Under the pieces are notes generated by a model. The model was given only the letters and a program-made list of their open reading frames with translations, searched no databases and was not told where the DNA came from. Position numbers and translations under genes: made by a program. Positions 49,130 to 63,479 of a DNA stretch of 64,000 bases are shown here, piece by piece. Source of the DNA: Octopus vulgaris (taxonomy: Eukaryota); contig OX597822.1 in the NCBI GenBank assembly GCA_951406725.2, forward strand, positions 72,044,001 to 72,108,000. The letters are read 5' to 3'. How positions within the stretch are numbered: the stretch's first letter is position 1; each line of letters begins with the position of its first letter.

Positions 49130-49335
49130 CTATATGTCTCCCCCACTAAAAAGGGCCTTGATAAGCAGCTCAACAAACTCCCTTTGCATTGTTAACGTGA
49201 GAGAACTTCAGAAAATAGTGTTGCTAGGTTCCGCACACATTTCACGCCGTGTACTCTCCATGAGATGAGAACCTGCTGTGACCCTAGGGTCAAGGGATGA
49301 CCCCGGTTCAGCAGAAGATAACGGACCATATTTTA
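49130..49335 (+). mobile_element. 3' end of a second Dong-like subfamily
   Basis: Encodes KKGLDKQLNKLP / VRELQKIVLLGSAHISRRVLSMR*, homologous to IQKIALLGTAHILRRTLSIQ*; follows an (AAT)n tract. Confidence 0.75.
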
Positions 49336-49984
49336 TTAAAAAAAAATAATGATGATGATGATGATGATGATCCTTTCTAATAGAGACACAAAGCGTAACA
49401 TTTTTTTGGTGAAGAAGGGAGTCGATGTAATCGACTCCAGTGCTTGATTGATACTTTTTTTATCGATCCCGAAAAAATGAAAGGCGAAATTAACCCCAGC
49501 CACATTGGAACTCAGAACGTTAAGAGTCGAAAGAAACGCCGCTTGGTCTTCTTTGTCCGACGCGGTTGGAGAAATAAACAAGAAGTGAAATTAAAAGTTA
49601 TTTTGTGTTTTTTTTTTAGATGGTTGAAATGGCTTTGAATTTCAAGACACGGTCGCCGGTAAAATCATTTGTTTAACAAGTAACAACCCTGAGATATGAT
49701 ATTGGCTTCTCATACAAGTACAAGGCTAAAATACGTTGTTAGGGAAGTTCTGTAGTTGATTAATATCAAGTCCAGCAAATAATATGACTTGTAGCAGCAA
49801 CATCTGCAGCAGCAGCGGCGGCAGTGGTAGTAGTAGTAGTAGTAGCAGCAGTAGAAGTAGTAGTAGCAGTTAATTGCTTTCCCGTTGGCACAACCAATCG
49901 GCACGAATACACGAGTTATACTTTGTACAATCGAACCTGGCAATAAATGAAAAGCAAAGTCGACTCTGGCGTGGTGTAGTATCT

Positions 49985-50028
49985 AGAGAGAGAGAGAGAG
50001 AAAAAGAAAGAGAGAGAGAGAGAGAGAA

Positions 50029-50092
<64 letters not shown>
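49985..50092. repeat. (GA)n microsatellite
   Basis: Direct sequence. Confidence 0.95.
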
Positions 50093-50095
<3 letters not shown>

Positions 50096-50315
50096 GTGTG
50101 TGTGTGTCTCGATGTGTTCACATTGCCTTCTCGAAATGGCAGCTACATCTTTATTTTCTCAAATGTTTTACGATGAGGAAAGACACATTGGCTAATGTAG
50201 TGCAAAATGCACACTACTGATAAAAAAAACCCTGAAAAATAGAAAACGCGACGATCACGGCATGCTAACGATTCTGCCAGCTCACCGCCTAAATAATAGT
50301 GATAATAATGATAAT

Positions 50316-52107
50316 ATTAGAAGAGGAATATTCCAGGGAGATACGCTCTCTCCACTCCTTTTCTGCTTGGCACTGTCACCTCTATCTGATATGCTAAATA
50401 GAACTGGATGCGGATATAAATGTTACGGCAAAACGATCAGCCACCTTTTATATATGGATGACCTAAAACTATACGCTGCAAATGACAAACAGCTGGAAAC
50501 ACTATTAAAGACAGTTCATGGATTTACCAAAGAAATAGATATGAAATTTGGATTAGAAAAATGCGCCAAAGTAACCATGAAAAGAGGAAAACTAGTTAAG
50601 AGTAACAATATCACACTAGATGAAGCAAATGAAATAAAAGAATTAGACCAAAGCCAAACTTACAAATACTTAGGAATCCATGAACTAGATAAGACACAAC
50701 ACACACAAATGAAAGAGAAAATAAAAAAAGAATATTATAGACGAGTTAGATCAATACTAAACACAGAGCTCAATGCTAAAAACAAGATAATAGGTATTAA
50801 CACTTTAGCTGTCCCAGTTATAAGTTACAGCTACAATATCCTTAACTGGACACGAAATGAACTGACCAAAATAGACAGGAAAACAAGAAAAATAATGACA
50901 GGATCTAGGATGCATCACCCAAAATCTGACATAGAAAGACTATATATACAACGTATAGAAGGTGGTAGAGGCCTTATACAGCTGGAAAACTACTATAAAA
51001 TAACCACCATAGGACTGCAAAAATATCTACTTCAGAAGGAAGGAAAACTGATCCAGATAGCGGCAAAACACGAGCAAAACAAAAAACTGTTCTCAGTATT
51101 TAAGGAAGCTGACAAATACAAACAAGAAATCATACCACCTAATAAACATGAAGAAGAAGAAGATGAAGAAACAACAAAAGCTATAAAAAAAATGAAATCC
51201 AAACTAAAAATAGAACAGCAACGAACCATGATAAAACGATGGCAAGAAAAGCCCCTTCATGGTAAATACTGGACTAAACTAAACGCAAAAGAAATAGACA
51301 AAGAAAAATCCCAGCAATGGTTGAGAAGCTCAGGACTCAAAGCAGAAACAGAGGGAATTTTAATTGCAGCACAAGACCAAAGCCTCCCCACCAGAAATTA
51401 CCAAAGACATGTAATGAAAAGAAATATTACAAGTAACTGCAGAATATGTGGAGATGGACAAGAAACAATAAATCATATTATCTCTAGCTGCCCAGTCCTG
51501 GCTAAGAAGGAATATATTCACAGACATGACAGAGTTGGAACTTACATACATTGGAAGCTATGCCAACATTATGGAATAACAACAGAAAAAAGATGGTATA
51601 GGCACACACCAGAAAAGGTCACAGAAAACGAGAAAGCAACCATACTCTGGGATATGCCGATACACACAGATAGAGAAATTAAGGCCAACAGACCAGATAT
51701 AGTTGTCAGAGACCATGAAGAAAAGACATGCTTTCTAATTGATGTATCAGTACCGGCAGATGACAACGTGTCTCTAAAAGAAATGGAGAAACTCTCAAAA
51801 TACAAAGACCTGGAAATAGAGGTAACTAGAATGTGGAATCTGAAAACAGAAACAATTCCTATCATAGTAGGTGCATTAGGCATGATAAAAAAATATTCAG
51901 ACAAATACATAACAAAAACACCAGGACTTACAAACACATATAACATACAGAAAATTGCACTACTAGGCACTGCACACATCCTACGCAGAACACTTTCCAT
52001 ACAATAACCATCAGAGCATCACAACAAATCACAGCACATACCCAAGGCACACAGAGCTGCGCTCGGTAGTGAAGTGAAAGCACGCTATAAAAATAAAAAT
52101 AAAACTA

Positions 52108-52110
<3 letters not shown>
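50316..52110 (+). mobile_element. R4/Dong-type non-LTR retrotransposon, 5'-truncated, with uninterrupted RT-RLE ORF (50316-52007, 563 codons)
   Basis: RT motifs GIFQGDTLSPLLF, HLLYMDDLKL and YKYLG; CCHC knuckle CRICGDGQETINHIISSC; RHD; restriction-like endonuclease RPDIVVRD...LIDVSVP...KYKDL; 3' UTR then (AAT)n at 52111-52172. Confidence 0.93.
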
Positions 52111-52172
<62 letters not shown>

Positions 52173-52663
52173 GTGTTATCATGTACATTGTTTTATCTTG
52201 GAATAAAAGATGGGCTACAGCAAATATTCTGCTCAATACCACAGATTTGCTTGTTGGTTGTTAGACCCTAACCAGTTGACCATGTCTCTTAGTGGTTGAC
52301 GATATGTGCATCTCTGATCACGAGCTGAAGTAGTGGGGGAGCATCATAGACATATGTTGAGAGGAACTCTTTGAGGTTTGGATAATTCATGTATGGAAAC
52401 ATGGGTGTTTCGTTCCTTAAACAAACCTTATTCAGGGACCTTTTCAATGGGATGGGTTACTCGAGCAGAAGAAAATTCTAACTGGGCCCCACCTGCAAGG
52501 TCATGTGCTGTTCATCTTGATATAAGATCACCATGTCGCGCACATATGGTTGTGATGCATGTGCCTAGTGTACCCTTATGAGACGGGTAATCATGATGGG
52601 TATGCAGGGTTTCGTATATTTTACCCCAGTGTCACTTTGATGGCATGCACTGCTTTCTCACTC
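52173..52663 (+). mobile_element. Unclassified ~490-bp insert bounded by (AAT)n tracts
   Basis: Complex sequence with sharp borders against (AAT)n on both sides and no recognisable protein. Confidence 0.5.
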
Positions 52664-52694
52664 AATAATAATAATAGTAATAATAATAATAATG

Positions 52695-52757
<63 letters not shown>

Positions 52758-52821
52758 TCTACTATAGGCACAAGGCCTGAAATTTTGGGGGAGGAGACTA
52801 GTCGATTACATCGGCAGAATT

Positions 52822-52898
<77 letters not shown>

Positions 52899-52901
52899 AT
52901 A

Positions 52902-52954
<53 letters not shown>

Positions 52955-52992
52955 ACAATAATAATAATAATAATAATAATTATTATTATTAT

Positions 52993-53228
52993 TTTGGGGT
53001 CCTTGGGAACAGTATCAGAAGCCATCAAAGGAAATATAAAGGAAATTGGAATAGAGTGTCCAGTAGAACTGTTACAAAAGGTTTGCCTCCTTGGCACAGC
53101 CAGAATAACTAGGAAAGTACTAGATAGCTGAAAAGAACGAATAGCATGGTACCGTAGGCTGCAGGTAGTAAGCCTGCTATGCATGCAAGACTGTGGGAGT
53201 TCCAACAAAACATGTGATAAAGAGAAGC
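52993..53228 (+). mobile_element. 3' end of a third Dong-like subfamily
   Basis: [44 protein letters not shown], then a 3' UTR and an (AAT)n/(GAT)n tail. Confidence 0.8.
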
Positions 53229-53256
53229 AATAATAATAATAATAATACTAATAATA

Positions 53257-53288
<32 letters not shown>

Positions 53289-53289
53289 A

Positions 53290-53384
<95 letters not shown>

Positions 53385-53520
53385 CCTGTCTAGTATAGGC
53401 ACAAAATCTGGATTTTGTGAAGAAGGGGACAGTCGTTCACATTAACCCGGGTACTCAACTGGTAATTGATTTATCGACCCCGACAGGATGAAAGGTAAAG
53501 TCGACCTCGGTGGAATTTGT
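53385..53520 (-). mobile_element. SINE family A, 3' half
   Basis: TATAGGCACAA...TTTATCGACCCCGACAGGATGAAAGGTAAAGTCGACCTCGG. Confidence 0.78.
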
Positions 53521-53867
53521 ATATATATGAGTAAGTACTTACATATATGTTTGTGTGTGTGTGTGTATGTGCATGTACGTATACATGTTTGTGTGAGTGT
53601 GTAGGTATGTAGACGTTGTGAACGCAGGAGGTTTATGTCTAGGTATTGTGAGAATATAGTTGCGTGTATTTTTTTTATCACTTTACATTTTTTCTTTTTC
53701 TACCTATTAGAGTAACTTCCCTTGTATTTAACGGTTTTTCTTAGCGTCTGTTGCCATTAATAGCCGACGAGAATATATCGTAGCTCTTCGCTCCGACATT
53801 CGAAACTCCGAGTATTTTAATGACAAATTTTGACTGTTTGTTCTAATTCATAACACACACACACACA

Positions 53868-53920
<53 letters not shown>

Positions 53921-53973
53921 GTAATAGTAATAGTAATAACAATAACAACAACAGCAGCAACAACAACAACAAC

Positions 53974-54005
<32 letters not shown>

Positions 54006-54404
54006 TGATGATGATGACTTGAAAAATGAAATGCAGTAATAAAGAGAACACTGATGATGATAGTTTTTTTTAAAGTTTTTTTTGTTCGTAGTAATAATAT
54101 TCTGTTAGGTTTAATTTTATTTCCGATTCAACAGACAACCATGAAAAAGGGTTGGGTAAGGGGAGCAGAAAACATTTCTTTATTCTGGTTCACTGAATTA
54201 AACGTTGTTATCTCCTCACAACGAACAGTTTACAGTGCTGGTTTCATATAACTACAAGGTATGTGCTGGCAACTCTTGTGGTTGTTGTAGGTATATAATT
54301 AGATAGGTATACAAACAGACTGTAATGAATAAATAATTACATAAATAAATAAAGAGTAGAGAGGAATAGATACTGAGATGAATATACACAAATAACGAAT
54401 AGGT

Positions 54405-55400
<996 letters not shown>

Positions 55401-56094
55401 AACATATAAATATAGAGACAGAAATACGAACAGTTCCCGAACACACTCACTCACACACGCACAAACATAGTATGTATTGTTGTAAAGTGTATCCCTGTTA
55501 TTGATTCTCGGCGAAACGTGAAAATATTTCCTGTTGTATAAAAGGTCCGCTATAAACATATCACCACAAAATTCCACAGCGTATATTTACAGCAATAATG
55601 AAATATATGCTGAAAAAATAAAGAACCGTATACTACTGTAAGTATATAGTATTTATGATCAGTGTTAATAAACTGTGGTATATCAAAATGCTAAGATCGA
55701 CTACAGGAAACAACAGCTGATATTGTTATGTCAGAAGCCCCATATTTCGAACTGAGTTAATTTTTGTTTCCGATTACGGTGTATTATTAGATTTGAAAGC
55801 GAATTACGACCGAATTATATCATATTGCAAGAAGAGAATTATAAAGAAAGCCAGTTTCAGCTGATAAATTTTTCAAAAATTTATACATATGATACCCCAC
55901 TATACAAACGAACTCAGAATGTGGGTTGGAGTAATTCTGGTTCATTTTCAGTCCTTAATTTTTGTCACTCGCTCATTATCCTCCCATGTGCCATGTCACG
56001 AAGCAACTAACTGTGAGTCGTGAAGTGCTACCTCGTTACAAATGGCACAAAAATTTACTCTCCATTATGATCCATAGTCATGATGGAAACTGAT

Positions 56095-56525
56095 ATTTAT
56101 CAGGTCAGGTCAGAGATGGGAGCATGCGTCGTTGCAGCGTGCTGCTGCATTCACCATCGTCGGTATATCTTCGTGTTATTCCGGGCGATCTGTCGAGCAC
56201 AGTCCCAGCGAGTCCTCGTCTCCGTGAGATACCTCCTCATCTGCCGTGACCATTTGGCATGGGGTCGAGAAAAATGAGCCGTCAACCCAGTCGGATCCTC
56301 AATGAAAAAAACACGGTAAGCCTCGGAATATCGAACAACAAGGCTAAACAGTCTAGGCTGGTGCTCCAGAATCATACAAATAACAGGACGCATCCCAGTT
56401 TCTGAGTAGAATCATTGGTTGGATACGAAATGCGGCCATTGGTAACCCACAATCCTACGAATCATCTTGGTACCAAAGAAGTTCAAGCGGCACCTAAGGG
56501 CCCCGGACAGTACCTAAGTCTCACA
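56095..56525 (-). mobile_element. RTE-like LINE 3' remnant
   Basis: Minus strand encodes FFGTKMIRRIVGYQWPHFVSN...EHQPRLFSLVVR...RPHAKW, followed by a (CTGAC)n-type tail TCTGACCTGACCTGA. Confidence 0.72.
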
Positions 56526-56905
56526 ACTATAGAACAGGACAGGAAGGATCAGAGATCTAAAGATGTTTAATACTTGATGGATTTATCATCCTTAGAAGTT
56601 GTACAACGCTCAACTACAACAGCCAGACGATACACATCTCATATATATATATATATGTAATTTAATAAACAAAGGATTAAAATCTGTGCCTCTACAAATT
56701 TCATGCTCCTGTAGTACAGCAGTCAGATGAGCTTGTATAACTTGTATGGTATACAGTACGATACAAAAGATCGTTCGTCCACTGTACTACCAGATCAAGG
56801 AAACTTATAGTAGGTCACATTTCAAACCTTTGCTTATCGAACGATATTTTTCTCTCGCTTGATGGAGTACTTTTTTCTTGATCCTACAAACAACGGAAGA
56901 GTACA

Positions 56906-57471
<566 letters not shown>

Positions 57472-58085
57472 TGAGTTACTCAAATATGCAAGCGGAATGA
57501 AATAGCCGTACAGATATTAAGACATAAATAAATTGGTTAATCAATCCTTTCATAGATGATTAGCTAGCTAACGAGAAAGACAGACTGACTGATAGACAGA
57601 AAGACAGATAGATTGTTAGATACACAGACATTGATAGATAGAGAGACACAGCGTTGAATCACCGAAAGATAGATAGATGGAGTAGATTGACAGCTTCGTC
57701 TCACACGCTTACTGAAATAAATGCACGGATTAAGAGTTAAAGATATCGGCGGATGGAATGAAATGATTGACGTGTGGAATGAACAACTGATCAGCTCCTA
57801 GGATCTTTACATACTGATGATAGATAGACGGATAGGTGAGAGTGAGAGAAAGAAAGAGATAGTTAGAGAAGGAGAAATGGGCATGAAATTATATGAATTG
57901 TGGAGTTATCAAGACACAGATGAGCTGAAATAAGATACTCATTTCATCACACACATCTATTAACCATGCACTATTTAATCTTTTCCACACTCACGTATTT
58001 ACACAGATATTAACATAAGAACTTTTCCTTCATTCTTGCTCTCACACCCCAGTTTATTTAACCTCTCTCACTCTCTTTGGACTCC

Positions 58086-58169
<84 letters not shown>

Positions 58170-58297
58170 AATATTCAGTTTCGTGGGTTATCAAGGCTAC
58201 CATTGGTTTCATGTTGAGAAGCCTCAGCAATTATCAAGCGTACCACAATGGAACGTCAGTAGACGCCTACAAATGGTACCCTGTTAACCCATAAAGA

Positions 58298-58345
<48 letters not shown>

Positions 58346-58700
58346 TATTTGGGAAACCAAATTTCAAAATCACTGAGGTGTAACCCCAGAGCGTTATATG
58401 CATCTACATATCGTACTTTGGGGTCTTATTTATCGTATATTTATATATTTATCTATAAATATACAAAGTATCCGATAAAACCAATATTCAATTTTTGGGG
58501 ATTAATTGACATGCGGGTATTCTATTTCAGATAATACAAAAATAACCTAATGTGTATATCTTACAGCAAACTCATGGTATCAGTTTGCACATCACGAAAT
58601 AATACTTAAAGGATATAACCAAAATTGCCAGTTGAGTATATAATATACTTCATTAATTATATCATACTTTAGTTAATACTTATATTTATTAAATATGAAG

Positions 58701-58838
58701 GAACTACACGTGTTTCAGTATTGGAAGATTATACTATATATACATATACACAACTGTATACCCATATATATATATGCATATATAAATACATATACGCAAT
58801 CGTCAGATTTACAATTATTCCAACACATCTTCAGGTTC
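58701..58838 (-). ncRNA. Hammerhead ribozyme-like motif with an expanded stem II loop
   Basis: GAAC-CUGAAGA-U-GUGUUGGAA-(~90 nt)-UUCCAAUAC-U-GAAA-C-ACGU-G-UA-GUUC. Confidence 0.55.
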
Positions 58839-59759
58839 TATTTCAAAATACTATATATCTAATTTTACATCCCTTTAAAAATAAGCAATACAATTAAGCA
58901 TTAAAGATTAAAAATTAAGAATAAAAATTATACTTTGTAATATTAAGAATTAAAATTTATAAATTATACATTATAAATATGAATTAGTATATATATATAT
59001 ATCAATCATGTAAAATCAAGTATATGTCAAATACAGAATGTGAGATATAAGATTAAGCATCATAATAAAAATGTCTGTGTTTAAATGTGATAAGAAAAAT
59101 TCAAATACATATCTTCCTTCTTTTGCTGGTACTAAAATGGTGATTTGAAGAAGAAAGTAGCAGGGAACTATGGGTATTTATAGGTGATTAGTACCAAGGA
59201 GGGTAATTACACTATACATAGTTTAAATTTCAAATTATCCTCTGTTATTATTTTCAAATTTACCTATATTGGGAGGTATATCTTATTTGTTATATAATTT
59301 TAGTAATATTTAATTCATATATTTATTTTATTTAAATAAATAATTATTTAAATTATTTATTTATTTATTATCTATTTGTATAGTCTATTCAAGTGCTTTT
59401 GATATATATATATATAAACAGAGAGAATAAAATTATTCTCCATTTAATTTAGAAAGTTAAACTTCTTTTATTTACACTATATGTATATATATATATATAT
59501 ATATGTAACTCCGAGTTTCGGAGTTTTATTATGGCAACCGAATAATTGTCACATATATTACAGATAAATTCTTCTATTTACATAATATCGACACCTCATT
59601 CATTCTTTTGTTGTCATACCACTACTATTAATATATATATATATATATATATGTAAAGAAATTTTGACACAATTTCTCAGCATTGTTTACACACACATAC
59701 ACATATATATTTATTTATATATAATAATATTCTATATATAGATTTTATCCTTAACTTTA

Positions 59760-59761
<2 letters not shown>

Positions 59762-59825
<64 letters not shown>

Positions 59826-59832
59826 ATATATA

Positions 59833-59926
<94 letters not shown>

Positions 59927-59945
59927 TAGATAGATATAGATATAC
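59762..59945. repeat. (TA)n/(TCTA)n/(TAGA)n microsatellite
   Basis: Direct sequence. Confidence 0.95.
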
Positions 59946-60534
59946 GTATGTGAAGTTGGGACCAGTCAACCACAGATTGAGGGGAACCCACTTCTGACAA
60001 CTATATAATCCAGGGCTAACTGCTCATGATCGGTGATTAAACTGCCCTCACCCTTGGACTCGCTCAATGACTAGGGTGTGTGGACATCAAGCAGGATTAA
60101 TAATCGAACCTGTCGAAGATCGATTAGTGTTCCTATAATGTCAACGGTATCTAACCCATGTAAAGGGGGTCGGAACTAACAAGACCACCAAGTTCAATGA
60201 GCTTGTTTGGGTGGAAGCCAATATTTAATTCTACATGAACGGTCGGGACCAGGGTTACGTAAGGAAAGCCCGTGATTGAGATGCGTGGAAATGATTGGTG
60301 AAACAAATCACATGTTCTAATAACAGAAATGCTAAGAATCAAAATATCAATTATAATATTAATGATGCAATATTGAGAAACGCAAGTTACTTCTTCCACA
60401 GAAATCGACCGACAATCTCGTACTGACAAGGCAAATTACAAACAATTGCACGACAGTTATAGAAATTCTGTTTCGTTTTTCTTTTAAAAAAATTGATATG
60501 TAGTTTGATTCAGATGAAGAATTCATCATGTGTA

Positions 60535-60603
<69 letters not shown>

Positions 60604-61196
60604 CGTGTGCGTATGTATGTGTATGCGTGCGTGTGTGGGTGTATTTGAGGTATTTAGTGTGACAGACTCATACCACTGGTTTCTATGCTAGACATGCGTG
60701 GTTTGAATACAGCCGAAGTAATATTTCAGCCGACGTATTCTTTATATATAATGTATCCGGATTAATATTGTTTACAGACATACATATACACACACACATA
60801 TATATATATACATAAATTCACGCACGCACAAACGCACACATGGTTACAACTGCCCCACCACCTTCATGAACTAAACACCCTGCCAACACCATCACCATAG
60901 CGAACTATTATAAATCTTCGTGTATGTATATGTGTGTGTGTGTGTATGTGTTTGACTGTGTATGAGTGCGCCTGTGAATATGATTATATAAATAGCGATT
61001 CATTGGCATTTCTTCTGCTATCTTTCACTGTTACACACACACGCACGCATACACACACAATAATGCAAAATTACAATCTTACATACCTGCCTTTTGTGTC
61101 AGGCTAAGGGAAGTAACTCAAATAGAAAAAATACCGTCGAGAGTCGAGAGCGGTGGCATTGATGTTGATAATGGTGAATGGAGAAACAGAGAGCAA

Positions 61197-61265
<69 letters not shown>

Positions 61266-61913
61266 TACACATACACACACACATACATATGTATATGTAC
61301 ATAAACACAAACACATACACATATGCACATACTAATATCGAACAGTGAGTACTCAACACCGTACTAGCGTATTATTTATTTGTAGATTAAGAAAGTAACC
61401 AATGGTTTCATGTGAAAATATTTTCCCAATTTTCCAAGCGCACCATATGGGACTGTTGGTACTCGTCTTCAAAATGTAAACGAGTGCCAAAGCTTCACTT
61501 TCACGTGGCACGCTTGAACAACTGTAAGGTTCTCTTCACATGAAACCAATGGTTTTCTTGGTTGAGAAAGAGACAGAGAGAGAGAGAGAGAGAGAGTAAG
61601 AGAAGGGAAGAAGAAAGAGAAAATAAGAGATGATAATTGTAAACAGTGATGCTGATTCCCATAGTACGGCTGTTGCTTGTTCGTTGCTTATAGTTATGAT
61701 AATGGTGGTGACGTCATAGCCCAACTAGTACTTGCATTAAGGCGTATACGTTAAGCCAATCCACAACTCTTTATTGCTTACAACCACCGTCACCTCCATT
61801 AACACCCAACAACATCATCCCTACAAAAAAACTATTATAATTCCCAGACTATGCATATGTGTGTGTGTAAGTGTGTGAGTGTAAGTGTACGCATGTACAC
61901 GTCTGTGATTATA

Positions 61914-63020
61914 TTAGGTCGTCAAGTATGAAATTTGTAGTAAGGTATATGGTAAACTTTGACAGCTGCTCATTTTGCGCCATTATTATATGTTGACAAT
62001 CTTTATTTTTTGTTAGAAAGCTAGCACATCTATTTCTTTATTCTAACTCATTTTGCGCTTTATAAAGTACTTATAAATCGTTTTTTGCTAGTTTTGTTTA
62101 GAGATAACTAAGTCAGGAATTCGTACAGTTTTTAAATATGAGTTCTTTCTTGGAAATACATCGTCACACACAGCTCGGAATATTAATGGAGTATTTCATT
62201 CTAACGTTATTACACAGCGGACAGTATCAAATTAGTTTGCAAAATTTCGTTCTGGTAACTTTGACCTCACAAATGAGCAATGCGGTCGACCAGAAACAAA
62301 GGTGGATAATGACGAATTGAAAGCCACCGTCAAGTCAGATCCATCTCAAAGTGCCCGTGAATTATCGTTGTTGTTTGGTGTTAGCAAGCAAACAATATTG
62401 ACTCACCTAGTTCAAATCAGTAAAGTGAAAAAGTTGCATAAGTGGGTTCCACATGAACTCAATGAAAATCAGAAACAGCAAGGTTTGGAAGCCTGCATTA
62501 TGCTATTTTCTCGTCACAAAAATGAATAATTTTTTAATCGAATTGTAACACGTGATGAGAAATGGATCCAATACAACAACCGTAAACGTTCAGCACAATG
62601 GTTGAACAAAGATGAGCCACCAAAATACAGTCCAAAAAGCAAAATTCATCAAAAGAAGCTGATGGTGTGTGTTTGGTGGTTTGGTGCAGTTTGTGATCCA
62701 TTATGATTTCATTAAACCTGGCTCATCAATCACGGCCGAAGTAAACTGCAGCCAACTAAACCAAATGATGCAGAAAAAAACAGTCTAGCTTAGTCAAAAG
62801 ATCTACTATTTTATTGCAAGTTAACACCAGACCATACATCGCAAAAATGACATTGGCGAAACTACAGGAGTTGGAGTTGGAAGTTCTCCATCATCCACCA
62901 TACTCACCTGATCTTGCCCCCACTGTCTACCACTTCAAGAATTTGGGTAACTTTTTGATAGGAAAAAAATTTAATTCCGACGATGCTGTAAAACAGGCCT
63001 TACAAAATTGTATCGAGTAC
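61914..63020 (+). pseudogene. Decayed mariner transposon, near full length
   Basis: TA|TTAGGTCGTCAAG end. Frameshifted pieces GRP, KWVPHEL, IVTRDEKWIQYNN, KKLMVCVWW and HPPYSPDLAP carry the mariner WVPHEL and YSPDLAP signatures. Confidence 0.92.
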
Positions 63021-63430
63021 ACCTTTCATGGTTTACATCGCTAAATGCGTGTATGATTATGCATGTATATAGACGTGTACGCATGTATATATGTATAAAT
63101 GTATGTATGTATGTATGCATGTATTTATGTATGTGTGTATTTATTTATGTGTGTATGTATTTAAGAAGTCTCGGTTGTAAGCTATTGAAAATGATTACGT
63201 AACTTCTGTTCTTTTGTCATTCATATTTTAGTTGATATTATGCTCTGTACTGAATTTTTAGCTATTAAGACTCTGGAGTGGAGGATGTCAGCTATTTCAC
63301 ACACACTCGCCACCGGAGCTTCATAATATTGTACATTATAAAGCAAAGTATACTGAATTCTGACTAATTACTGCTGATTGTGGTTACTACTGTAGTAACG
63401 CGGAATCATACCGCACACACACACACACAC

Positions 63431-63479
<49 letters not shown>

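Noticed and set aside
50262-50315. ATG start for a 581-aa gene
   Set aside because: The first 18 codons derive from an antisense SINE end and AAT repeats; the RT is 5'-truncated.
51569-52000. 143-aa antisense ORF
   Set aside because: Shadow frame of the retrotransposon ORF with no independent motifs.
59949-60312. Solo LTR (TGTG...CACA ends)
   Set aside because: No TSD, no partner LTR, and no PBS or PPT; it cannot be supported from the sequence alone.
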